The notes beneath the pieces were generated by a model. It did not search any database and was not told the origin of the DNA. It saw nothing but the letters and a program-made list of their open reading frames with translations. A DNA stretch of 64,000 bases from Mycolicibacterium sp. (GTDB lineage Bacteria > Actinomycetota > Actinomycetes > Mycobacteriales > Mycobacteriaceae): positions 3,125 through 67,124 of the forward strand of contig NZ_JAEMTA010000004.1 in NCBI RefSeq assembly GCF_016462545.1, written 5' to 3'. This document shows positions 53,153 through 60,949 of the stretch, in pieces. The stretch's first letter is position 1, and every line of letters starts with the position of its first letter. The position numbers and the translations under genes are program-made.

Positions 53153-54801
53153 TCGGGCAGGAGCCGGAGAGGTCAGTGACGAGTGCATCGCTGGCTGCGG
53201 CCGTATCGCCAGCTCCGCTGGCCGAAGATCTGCGCAGTGACGACGACCGCGACCTGCCCAGCCGAACGGACACCATCGGCGCGGCGCTGGCTGGTGCGAT
53301 CGGTGGCCCGGTCGGCAGGCACGCGTTGATCGGCAGGGCGCGCTTCATGACGCCGCTGCGCGTCATGCTGATGATCGCCCTGGTGTTCCTCGCCCTGGGC
53401 TACTCGACGAAGGCGGCGTGCCTTCAGTCGACGGGTACGGGCACCGCCGATCAGCGCGTCGCGGTGTGGGAGAACCAGCGCGCGTACTACGAGCTCTGCT
53501 ATTCCGACACGGTTCCCCTCTACACCGCAGAACTGTTGAGCCAGGGCAAGTTTCCGTACAAGTCGTCGTGGATCGAGAAGGATTCCACCGGTGTGCAGGC
53601 GAGGCAGTACGACGGCACCCCGGCCGTTCGGTACATGGAGTATCCGGTGCTCACGGGTCTCTACCAGTACGTCTCGATGGCGTTGGCGAAGACGTACACG
53701 GCGCTGACGAAGCTGGTCTCCATCCCGGTGGTCGCCGAAGTAGTGATGTTCTTCAACATCGCCGCGTTCGGTCTGGCATTGGCGTGGTTGGCGACGGTGT
53801 GGGCGACGGCGCGCCTGGCGGGCCGTCGGGTGTGGGATGCAGCGCTGGTCGCGGCGTCACCTTTGGTGATCTTCCAGATCTTCACCAACTTCGATGCGCT
53901 CGCGACGGCGTGTGCGGCGGGGGCGATGCTGGCGTGGGCCCGTCGAAGACCGGCGCTGGCCGGTGCTCTGATCGGCATCGGGGTGGCGCTGAAGCTCTAT
54001 CCGCTGCTGCTGCTGGTGCCGATGGTGATCCTCGGATTGCGCACCGGTCGGATGCGCGAGGTCGGCAAGACGGTCGGCACCGCGGTGGTGACGTGGCTGG
54101 TGGTGAACCTGCCGATCATGGTGCTCTTCCCGCGCGGGTGGTCGGAGTTCTTCCGGCTCAACACCCGCCGCGGTGACGACATGGACTCGATCTACAACGT
54201 CGTGAAGTCGTTCACGGGGTGGCGCGGCTTCGATCCGAAGCTGGGCTTCTGGGAACCGCCGGCCGTCACGAATGCGGTGACGGCGGTGCTGTTCGCGGTC
54301 TGCCTGGGCGCAATTGCCTACGTCGGGCTGACGGCCAAGCAACGCCCGCGGCTGGCCCAACTGGCGTTCCTGGTGGTGGCCGCCTTCCTGCTGACCAACA
54401 AGGTGTGGAGTCCGCAGTACTCACTGTGGTTGGTGCCCTTGGCGGTGCTCGCGCTCCCGCAGCGTCGAATCTTGTTGGCGTGGATGACGATTGACGCACT
54501 GGTCTGGGTGCCGCGGATGCTCTTCCTGTTCGGCGAACAGAAGATGGGTCTGCCGCAGGAGTGGTTCACCACCACGGTGCTACTCCGCGACATCGCGGTG
54601 ATGGCGCTGTGCGCGTTGGTGATTCGCCAGATCTACCGCCCCGAGCTGGATCTCGTACGCCACGGCGGACGCGTCGACGACCCCTCTGGCGGCGTGTTCG
54701 AACACGCGCCCGATGCCCCACCCAGATGGCTGCCCGCACGGCTGCGGCCGTCGGTGCCGGAGCCGATCGTCGAACCCGAACAGGAGCTGGTGAGCACATG
54801 A
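53149..54801 (+). CDS. Polytopic membrane protein, DUF2029/GT87-like (Rv0051-like)
   Basis: 550 aa, more than 10 TM segments. GTGA overlap with the ponA1 stop. Family call from synteny and general resemblance only. Confidence 0.75.
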   Translation: MIGQEPERSVTSASLAAAVSPAPLAEDLRSDDDRDLPSRTDTIGAALAGAIGGPVGRHALIGRARFMTPLRVMLMIALVFLALGYSTKAACLQSTGTGTADQRVAVWENQRAYYELCYSDTVPLYTAELLSQGKFPYKSSWIEKDSTGVQARQYDGTPAVRYMEYPVLTGLYQYVSMALAKTYTALTKLVSIPVVAEVVMFFNIAAFGLALAWLATVWATARLAGRRVWDAALVAASPLVIFQIFTNFDALATACAAGAMLAWARRRPALAGALIGIGVALKLYPLLLLVPMVILGLRTGRMREVGKTVGTAVVTWLVVNLPIMVLFPRGWSEFFRLNTRRGDDMDSIYNVVKSFTGWRGFDPKLGFWEPPAVTNAVTAVLFAVCLGAIAYVGLTAKQRPRLAQLAFLVVAAFLLTNKVWSPQYSLWLVPLAVLALPQRRILLAWMTIDALVWVPRMLFLFGEQKMGLPQEWFTTTVLLRDIAVMALCALVIRQIYRPELDLVRHGGRVDDPSGGVFEHAPDAPPRWLPARLRPSVPEPIVEPEQELVST

Positions 54802-55262
54802 CCGATCTCGAATTCAGCGACTCCGTGCTGGTGGACGCCGACGCCGACGCGCTGTACGCGTTGGTCTCCGACGTCACCCGGATGGGCGAGTGGAGCCCGC
54901 AGTGCCGGGCGTGTTGGTGGGACGAGGGCGCAGGCCCGACGGTCGGCGCGTACTTCACCGGACGCAACGACGACGGGACGCGGACGTGGGAGACGCGCAG
55001 TCGCGTCGTGGCCGCCGACTCCGGACGCGAGTTCGCATGGGTGGTCAACGAGGGCTGGGTGCGGTGGGGATTCAGCCTTCAACCGGCCGACGGCGCGACC
55101 CGGCTGACCGAGTCGTGGGCCTTCCTGCCCGCCGGCATCGAAGGGTTTCACGGGCGCTTCGGCGCGAAGGCCGACGAGCAGATCGTCATCCGGACGCGGG
55201 CGGCCAAGGAGGGCATCCCGGTTACGTTGGCGGCGATCAAGCGCACTGCCGAGGGTGGCTGA
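54798..55262 (+). CDS. SRPBCC (START/polyketide-cyclase-like) family protein
   Basis: 154 aa from ATG 54798 (ATGA overlap with the upstream stop). The N-terminus (SVLVDADADALYALVSDVTRMGEWSPQC) resembles the SRPBCC fold. Confidence 0.75.
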   Translation: MTDLEFSDSVLVDADADALYALVSDVTRMGEWSPQCRACWWDEGAGPTVGAYFTGRNDDGTRTWETRSRVVAADSGREFAWVVNEGWVRWGFSLQPADGATRLTESWAFLPAGIEGFHGRFGAKADEQIVIRTRAAKEGIPVTLAAIKRTAEGG

Positions 55263-55384
55263 GCCGTCGCGATTTCGCTGCTCAGGCGGTCCTGCTGTAA
55301 CCTTGCCGGGTTGCCGACGCAGGCGACCCTCCTGCCACGGACATTCCGTGGCCGCACACGACCATAGGAGGTGATGGGTTCCAC

Positions 55385-55675
55385 ATGCGTCCATACGAAA
55401 TCATGGTCATCCTCGACCCCACGCTCGACGAGCGCACTGTTGCTCCGTCGCTGGAGACGTTCCTGAACGTCATCCGCAAGGACGGTGGCACGGTCGAGAA
55501 GATCGACATCTGGGGCCGGCGCCGGTTGGCGTACGAGATCCTCAAGCACCCCGAGGGCATCTATGCCGTCATCGACGTGAAGGCCGAACCGGCCACGGTG
55601 TCCGAGTTGGATCGCCAGCTCAGCCTCAACGAGTCCGTTCTGCGGACCAAGGTGATGCGGACCGACAAGCACTAG
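55385..55675 (+). CDS. rpsF: 30S ribosomal protein S6
   Basis: 96 aa, [52 protein letters not shown]. Confidence 0.96.
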   Translation: MRPYEIMVILDPTLDERTVAPSLETFLNVIRKDGGTVEKIDIWGRRRLAYEILKHPEGIYAVIDVKAEPATVSELDRQLSLNESVLRTKVMRTDKH

Positions 55676-55752
55676 GCCACAACAGGCCGTGCACGTCGGA
55701 GCGCTTCCGTAGGCTCGCGTGCGACCTACACCGCTCGATCACAGGAGGACCC

Positions 55753-56274
55753 GTGGCTGCTGGTGATACCAACCTCACCATCGTCGGAAACCTGACCGCC
55801 GACCCCGAACTGCGCTTCACGCCGTCCGGGGCTGCCGTCGCCAACTTCACGGTGGCGTCCACGCCCCGGATGATGGACCGTCAGACCAACGAGTGGAAAG
55901 ACGGCGACCCGCTGTTCATGCGGTGCAGCATCTGGCGCGAGGCTGCCGAGAACGTGGCCGAGAGCCTCACCCGCGGTTCGCGGGTGATCGTGACCGGTCG
56001 GCTCAAGCAGCGGTCCTACGAAACCCGTGAGGGCGAGAAGCGCACCGTCGTCGAGCTCGAGGTCGACGAGATCGGCCCGTCCTTGAAGTACGCGACGGCC
56101 AAGGTCAACAAGGCCAGCCGCAGTGGCGGCGGCGGAGGCGGCTTCGGTGGCGGCGGTGGCGGTTCTCGCCCCGCGGCCAACAGTGCCAACAACGAAGGCC
56201 CCAGAGACGATCCGTGGGGCAGCGCCCCGGCATCGGGTTCGTTCAGCGGCGCCGACGAAGAACCTCCCTTCTGA
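55753..56274 (+). CDS. ssb: Single-stranded DNA-binding protein
   Basis: 173 aa. OB-fold N-domain ([30 protein letters not shown]), Gly-rich linker, and an acidic tip DEEPPF. Confidence 0.96.
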   Translation: MAAGDTNLTIVGNLTADPELRFTPSGAAVANFTVASTPRMMDRQTNEWKDGDPLFMRCSIWREAAENVAESLTRGSRVIVTGRLKQRSYETREGEKRTVVELEVDEIGPSLKYATAKVNKASRSGGGGGGFGGGGGGSRPAANSANNEGPRDDPWGSAPASGSFSGADEEPPF

Positions 56275-56310
56275 TTCAACTGATTTCCACGCACTGAGAA
56301 AGAGATAGAC

Positions 56311-56577
56311 ATGGCCAAGTCCTCCTCCACGAAGAGGCGTCCGGCTCCCGAGAAGCCGATCAAGACCCGCAAGTGTTCGTTCTGCTCGAAGAAGGGCAAG
56401 AACCAGATCATCGACTACAAGGACACTGCACTGCTGCGGACCTACATCAGCGAGCGCGGCAAGATCCGTGCCCGCCGGGTGACCGGCAACTGCGTGCAGC
56501 ATCAGCGCGACATCGCGATCGCGGTCAAGAATGCCCGCGAGGTGGCTCTGCTGCCGTTCAGCGCGGCGACGCGCTAG
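56311..56577 (+). CDS. rpsR: 30S ribosomal protein S18
   Basis: 88 aa with [49 protein letters not shown]. Confidence 0.96.
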   Translation: MAKSSSTKRRPAPEKPIKTRKCSFCSKKGKNQIIDYKDTALLRTYISERGKIRARRVTGNCVQHQRDIAIAVKNAREVALLPFSAATR

Positions 56578-56598
56578 ACCGGAACGGAAGACATTCAC

Positions 56599-57051
56599 AT
56601 GAAACTGATTCTGACCGCTGAGGTCGACCACCTGGGTTCGGCCGGCGACACCGTCGAGGTCAAGGATGGTTACGGCCGCAACTTCCTGCTGCCCCGCGGC
56701 ATGGCGATCGTGGCGTCGCGTGGCGCCGAGCGCCAGGCCGACGAGATCCGTCGGGCTCGCGAGACGAAGTCCGTTCGCGACCTGGACCACGCCAAGGAGT
56801 TGAAGACCGCCCTCGAGGAGCTGGGCCCGGTGGCTTTGCCGGTGCGCACCGCAGGTGCGGGCAAGCTGTTCGGTTCCGTGTCGTCCGCAGACGTCGTGGC
56901 GGCCATCAAGAAGGCCGGTGGACCGAACCTCGAGAAGAGGACCGTCTACCTGCCCAAGGCGCACATCAAGGCGACCGGCACGTACGCCGTCGCGGTGCAT
57001 CTGCACCCCGAGGTGAGCGTCGCGGTGTCGCTCAACGTGATCGCCGAGTAA
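56599..57051 (+). CDS. rplI: 50S ribosomal protein L9
   Basis: 150 aa, [36 protein letters not shown]. Confidence 0.96.
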   Translation: MKLILTAEVDHLGSAGDTVEVKDGYGRNFLLPRGMAIVASRGAERQADEIRRARETKSVRDLDHAKELKTALEELGPVALPVRTAGAGKLFGSVSSADVVAAIKKAGGPNLEKRTVYLPKAHIKATGTYAVAVHLHPEVSVAVSLNVIAE

Positions 57052-57067
57052 TAACAGGAGCGTCAAT

Positions 57068-57106
57068 ACGCCCGGGTGAAGGCATGATCGATCTTCACCC
57101 GGGCGT
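57068..57106 (+). terminator. Stem-loop terminator after the rpsF-ssb-rpsR-rplI operon
   Basis: Perfect 14-bp stem ACGCCCGGGTGAAG (57068-57081) / CTTCACCCGGGCGT (57093-57106) with an 11-nt loop, followed by T-rich TGCTGTGTTCTCT. Starts 17 nt after the rplI stop. Confidence 0.7.
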
Positions 57107-57239
57107 TGCTGTGTTCTCTGGCGAACATCGCACCGCGATCGCGACACAGCGAAGCTAACCGGCTGTTAACCTCAACGGCCCGAAGGCGCAACACAACACG
57201 CCCGACATGGCAACCACGGCCGACACGCCGAACGAATTC

Positions 57240-57380
57240 CAATCCACAGACCCCGACCTCTGCTGTGATGCGCTTATCAGCGCAGATGCTAAAAAATCGC
57301 TTAGTTGTGCACAGGTTGTCCCCAACGGGTCAACATGTCTGACCGAGCTTGTCCACACACCGTCCACAGGTCTATCCACA
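57240..57380 (+). promoter_or_regulatory. Cluster of five same-orientation DnaA-box-like 9-mers upstream of dnaB
   Basis: CAATCCACA 57240-57248, TTGTGCACA 57305-57313, TTGTCCACA 57349-57357, CCGTCCACA 57360-57368, CTATCCACA 57372-57380. The last three start 11 and 12 bp apart. Lies 155-295 nt upstream of the dnaB GTG. Function not demonstrated. Confidence 0.5.
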
Positions 57381-57534
57381 GCGGCTGCTTGCGTCAGTTC
57401 CAGCAACGTCTACCGTGAGCCGTCGCAAGTAAATCCGGCGTGCGCTGTCGGTGCGGCGATCTACTCTCGCGAGAGAGCGGTGTCGAATGCATGTTCGACG
57501 GCGGTGTGGGATGAAGGGGGAGGTGGGAGGCTTC

Positions 57535-59361
57535 GTGGCTGTCGTCGATGATCTGGGCAGGCCGGGTGGTCATTCCGGAGGTCGTTCCGACGCGGACGGA
57601 CCACCTCCCGAGGAATACGGCCGCCAGCCTCCGCAGGACATGGCCGCCGAACAGTCCGTCCTCGGCGGGATGCTGCTTTCGAAGGACGCCATCGCCGACG
57701 TGCTGGAGCGGCTGCGACCGGGAGACTTCTATCGGCCCGCGCACCAGAGCGTGTACGACGCGATCCTGGACCTCTACGGACGCGGTGAGCCCGCGGACGC
57801 CATCACCGTCTCAGCCGAGCTGGACCGGCGCGGTCTGCTCAAGCGGATCGGTGGTGCGCCGTATCTGCACACCCTGATCTCCACCGTGCCCACCGCGGCC
57901 AACGCGGGCTACTACGCGGGCATCGTCGCGGAGAAGTCGCTCCTGCGCCGCCTCGTGGAGGCTGGGACGCGCGTCGTGCAGTACGGGTATGCCGGGGCCG
58001 ACGGCGCGGACGTGGCCGACGTGGTGGACCGCGCCCAGGCCGAGATCTACGACGTCACCGAACGGCGCACCACCGAGGACTTCGTGGTCCTCGAGCACCT
58101 GCTGCAGCCGACGATGGACGAGATCGATGCGATCGCCTCCCAAGGCGGTGTCTCCCGCGGCGTGCCCACGGGCTTCATCGAGCTCGACGAGGTCACCAAC
58201 GGTCTGCATGCCGGTCAGATGATCGTGGTCGCGGCGCGTCCCGGTGTGGGGAAGGCTCTCGCTCTCGACACTCCGCTGCCGACGCCCACCGGGTGGACGA
58301 CGATGGGCGAGGTCGCGGTCGGCGATGATCTGATCGGTGCCGACGGCGAGCCGACGCGGGTCGTGGCGGCCACGGAGGTCATGACCGGGCGGCCGTGCTA
58401 CGAGGTCGAGTTCTCCGACGGCACGGTCATCGTCGCGGACGAGCAGCATCAGTGGCCCACCGAGGCGGGGATTCGCACGACGGCCGAATTGCGAAGTGGC
58501 GCCGATCGACTGATTCCCGCGACCCCTCGGCGTCGTAGAGGTGGTACTACCGCACTATTGGAGCTGGGAGTTCACGTCGCCTGGGTGCGGGCCATCGCGA
58601 GTGTGCCCGTGCGATGCGTACAGGTCGACAACGACTCGCACCTGTACCTCGCCGGCGAAGGCATGGTTCCGACGCACAACTCCACGTTGGGCTTGGACTT
58701 CCTGCGATCCTGCTCCATCAAGAATCGGCATGCGAGCGTCATCTTCTCGCTGGAGATGAGCAAGTCCGAGATCGTCATGCGCCTGCTGTCGGCCGAGGCG
58801 AAGATCAAGCTCGCCGACATGCGGTCCGGTCGGATGAGCGACGACGACTGGACGCGGCTGGCGCGGCGGATGAGCGAGATCAGCGAGGCGCCGCTCTACA
58901 TCGACGACTCGCCGAACCTGACGATGATGGAGATCCGCGCGAAGGCTCGCCGGCTGCATCAGAAGGCGAATCTCCGGCTCATCGTCGTCGACTACCTGCA
59001 GCTGATGACGTCGGGCAAGAAGGTCGAGTCGCGCCAGCAGGAAGTGTCCGAATTCTCAAGGCAGATCAAGCTTCTCGCCAAGGAGCTCGAGGTTCCCGTG
59101 GTGGCGATGAGCCAGCTGAACCGCGGTCCGGAACAGCGCACCGACAAGAAGCCCATGCTCTCCGACCTTCGTGAATCGGGATCCATCGAGCAGGATGCGG
59201 ACATGGTCATCCTGCTGCACCGGCCCGACGCCTTCGAGCGCGACGATCCCCGCGGCGGTGAGGCGGACCTGATCATCGCGAAACATCGTGCGGGACCGAC
59301 GAAGACGATCACGGTGGCGCACCAACTGCACCTGTCGCGCTTCGTGGACATGGCGCACTAG
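57535..59361 (+). CDS. dnaB: Replicative DNA helicase DnaB (precursor, interrupted by one intein)
   Basis: 608 codons from GTG 57535 (GGGGGAGGTGGGAGG upstream): VAVVDDLGRP...QPPQDMAAEQSVLGGMLLSKDAIADV... The Walker A motif ARPGVGK|STLGLDF is split by 142 foreign codons. RecA-like C-domain motifs are intact (VVDYLQLM, SQLNRGPEQR, RESGSIEQDAD). Confidence 0.96.
   Translation: MAVVDDLGRPGGHSGGRSDADGPPPEEYGRQPPQDMAAEQSVLGGMLLSKDAIADVLERLRPGDFYRPAHQSVYDAILDLYGRGEPADAITVSAELDRRGLLKRIGGAPYLHTLISTVPTAANAGYYAGIVAEKSLLRRLVEAGTRVVQYGYAGADGADVADVVDRAQAEIYDVTERRTTEDFVVLEHLLQPTMDEIDAIASQGGVSRGVPTGFIELDEVTNGLHAGQMIVVAARPGVGKALALDTPLPTPTGWTTMGEVAVGDDLIGADGEPTRVVAATEVMTGRPCYEVEFSDGTVIVADEQHQWPTEAGIRTTAELRSGADRLIPATPRRRRGGTTALLELGVHVAWVRAIASVPVRCVQVDNDSHLYLAGEGMVPTHNSTLGLDFLRSCSIKNRHASVIFSLEMSKSEIVMRLLSAEAKIKLADMRSGRMSDDDWTRLARRMSEISEAPLYIDDSPNLTMMEIRAKARRLHQKANLRLIVVDYLQLMTSGKKVESRQQEVSEFSRQIKLLAKELEVPVVAMSQLNRGPEQRTDKKPMLSDLRESGSIEQDADMVILLHRPDAFERDDPRGGEADLIIAKHRAGPTKTITVAHQLHLSRFVDMAH
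58255..58680 (+). mobile_element. Mini-intein (142 aa, no homing-endonuclease domain) in the DnaB P-loop; class-3-like (Ala-1, W/C/T)
   Basis: The insert begins ALALDTPLPTPTGW and ends VPTHN, followed by Ser+1 of GK|ST. Removing it restores GVGKSTLGLDF. Trp in the block-B-like ADEQHQW, Cys in the block-F-like VPVRCVQVDND, Thr in THN. Confidence 0.9.
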
Positions 59362-59386
59362 AACGGTCGTCGTTGTCGAGATGCAG

Positions 59387-59506
59387 TGATTATTAACAAG
59401 CGTGCACTGATTGTTAAACAACATCGTCAGTCGACCTGACAATTCCGATGCCGTAAGTGCAGGTCAGGCCGCTATTGGTGCCGCCGGCACGAAGAGCTTG
59501 TTAAAG
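59387..59506. repeat. AT-rich junction with repeated TGATTnTTAA(A)CAA motifs immediately 3' of dnaB
   Basis: TGATTATTAACAAG (59387-59400) and TGATTGTTAAACAAC (59408-59422) are direct repeats 21 bp apart. An inverted partial copy CTTGTTAAAG lies at 59497-59506. Local GC is far below the window average. Confidence 0.4.
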
Positions 59507-59518
59507 TAGCCGCCAAAA

Positions 59519-60250
59519 ATGAGGGCCGAGCGTCGGCAGTTGCCGCTGCAGGTGGAGCCACTTGAAGGTGAGTCACTAGAATCCTGGCTGGAGGCGACAG
59601 CACTCGCCGCGGGCCTGCCCACCGGAGCGCTCGCCGCAGCTGGGGGATTGCCGACCGCCGCGAGGCCATCCTGGAGGAATTGGCTTTCGCCGACGCAGAC
59701 ACTGGCACTAGCTGCGGCTACAGGGCTGCCGACGAGTTCCCTGCAGGCGATGACGCTCAGCCACTATGACGGCCGCGCGCTAAGCCTCGACCCGGAATGG
59801 CATCGCCTCGATCCCACCTTTCCATTCGGCCCGTTGTCGTGGTCGCGATTCTGCCCCGAGTGCATCCGCGAAACAGCTGGCCGGTGGCAGCTGGCATGGC
59901 GACTCGGCTGGTCCTTCGCATGCATGCATCACAACTGCCTGCTCGTCGATGCATGCCCGGAGTGTCGCGATCATCCGATCGACCGTGCTTTATCGCAGTG
60001 CTCCGTCTCCGGCCGCGTGCAGCTGCGGCCACCCATTCGCGGAGGTTCAGACCGCGCCAAGCTGGAAGGGGCTGGGTCGAGAACCGTGCCGGTCGTTGAC
60101 GGGGCGGGACGAGCCGCTTTGCAGCTGACCTCCGACGCAGTTCTGGAGACTGCGCTCAACCAGGAGACGGCTAAGCGCCTCGGCTATGAGATACGCGGTT
60201 CTGCCCGGTCGGCGTTGTCGGCACGGTTGATGCCGCGATGCCACCTATGA
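59519..60250 (+). pseudogene. TniQ-family (Tn7/Tn5053-type target-selector) gene remnant, probably frameshifted/truncated
   Basis: N-terminal TniQ-like domain: LPLQVEPLEGESLESWLEATALAAGL..., SRFCPECIRETAGRWQLAWRLGWSFACMHHNCLLVDACPEC. After ~residue 160 the sequence is not family-like. A CSCGHPF zinc-ribbon half appears in another frame (60018-60038). The 3' end overlaps the convergent TetR gene. No tnsA/B/C-like genes nearby. Confidence 0.55.
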
Positions 60251-60836
60251 GGAGCCGCAGACCTGCGCGAAAGTGATCGTCCGAGAGCGCGATTACCTGC
60301 GCGACGACACTGGCCCCGGAAGGGGGCTGGGGGTCTTGTCGGAGTACGGCCATGCCGCGGGTCCAGTTGTAGCAGGCCGAAAAGGCCTCGCGGGCATCGG
60401 ATTCCGAAAAGCCAGCGCGCGCGAGCAGCGCTAAACCGTCTTCGAGCCGTTGAAGCGCCGCGTGCGGCAGTGACGCAGCCCCGATATGCGACGATCCGTA
60501 GGCCACAACCTCGCGGTAGGCGGGAAGCTGCAAAAGCAACACATAGAACGCATCGAAGTACGCATAGAGCTCGTCATCCCAGGCCCCGGTACCCATCGGT
60601 GGCAGCTGTTGATGAACGTCATAAAGCACTCGACGATTGAGCGCTTCCAAGAGTGCGTCCTTGTTGTGGAAGTGCGTGTAGATGCTGCTCACTCCGGCGC
60701 CAAGTCGGGCAGCCAGTGTCGGCATCGACAGCTCACGCAGGCCGTGTGCGACCACGATCTCGACTGCGGCCTGCAATATCTCCTGCTCCGAGAGTGACCC
60801 GCGCGCCCGTCGTCGACGAGACGTACCAGTGGTCAT
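60171..60836 (-). CDS. TetR family transcriptional regulator
   Basis: 221 aa. N-terminal HTH ILQAAVEIVVAHGLRELSMPTLAARLGAGVSSIYTHFHNKDALL. Lower GC3 than the core genes. Confidence 0.85.
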   Translation of the reverse strand: MTTGTSRRRRARGSLSEQEILQAAVEIVVAHGLRELSMPTLAARLGAGVSSIYTHFHNKDALLEALNRRVLYDVHQQLPPMGTGAWDDELYAYFDAFYVLLLQLPAYREVVAYGSSHIGAASLPHAALQRLEDGLALLARAGFSESDAREAFSACYNWTRGMAVLRQDPQPPSGASVVAQVIALSDDHFRAGLRLLIGGIAASTVPTTPTGQNRVSHSRGA

Positions 60837-60849
60837 TGCGTCAGCTTAC

Positions 60850-60885
60850 CGAAAGGCTTACGCTATCGATAGCGAAAGCCTTTCG
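60850..60885. promoter_or_regulatory. 36-bp near-perfect palindrome: probable TetR operator in the divergent promoter region
   Basis: CGAAAGGCTTACGCTATCGATAGCGAAAGCCTTTCG has one mismatched pair, and its centre CGCTATCGATAGCG is a perfect 14-mer. An extra half-site TCGCTATCG follows at 60883-60891. Lies between the TetR start (60836) and the membrane-protein start (60950). Confidence 0.6.
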
Positions 60886-60949
60886 CTATCGGTCGTGCGG
60901 CCATGTTGGTCATGGGTCGACGATCCATGACGAACTGACAGGAGTTCAT

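Noticed and set aside
55726-57147. 473-aa minus-strand ORF spanning ssb-rpsR-rplI
   Set aside because: It is antisense to three universally conserved genes. Artefact.
57207-57551. 114-aa plus-strand ORF in the rplI-dnaB spacer (candidate hypothetical gene)
   Set aside because: GC3 is low and irregular, there is no RBS, it is Cys/Ser/Ala-rich with no pattern, and it runs into the dnaB start. I treat the spacer as non-coding regulatory DNA, though a small gene cannot be fully excluded.
59160-59210. Second DnaB intein at the RESG/S site (as in some mycobacteria)
   Set aside because: The sequence reads LRESGSIEQDADMVILL without interruption. No insert is present.
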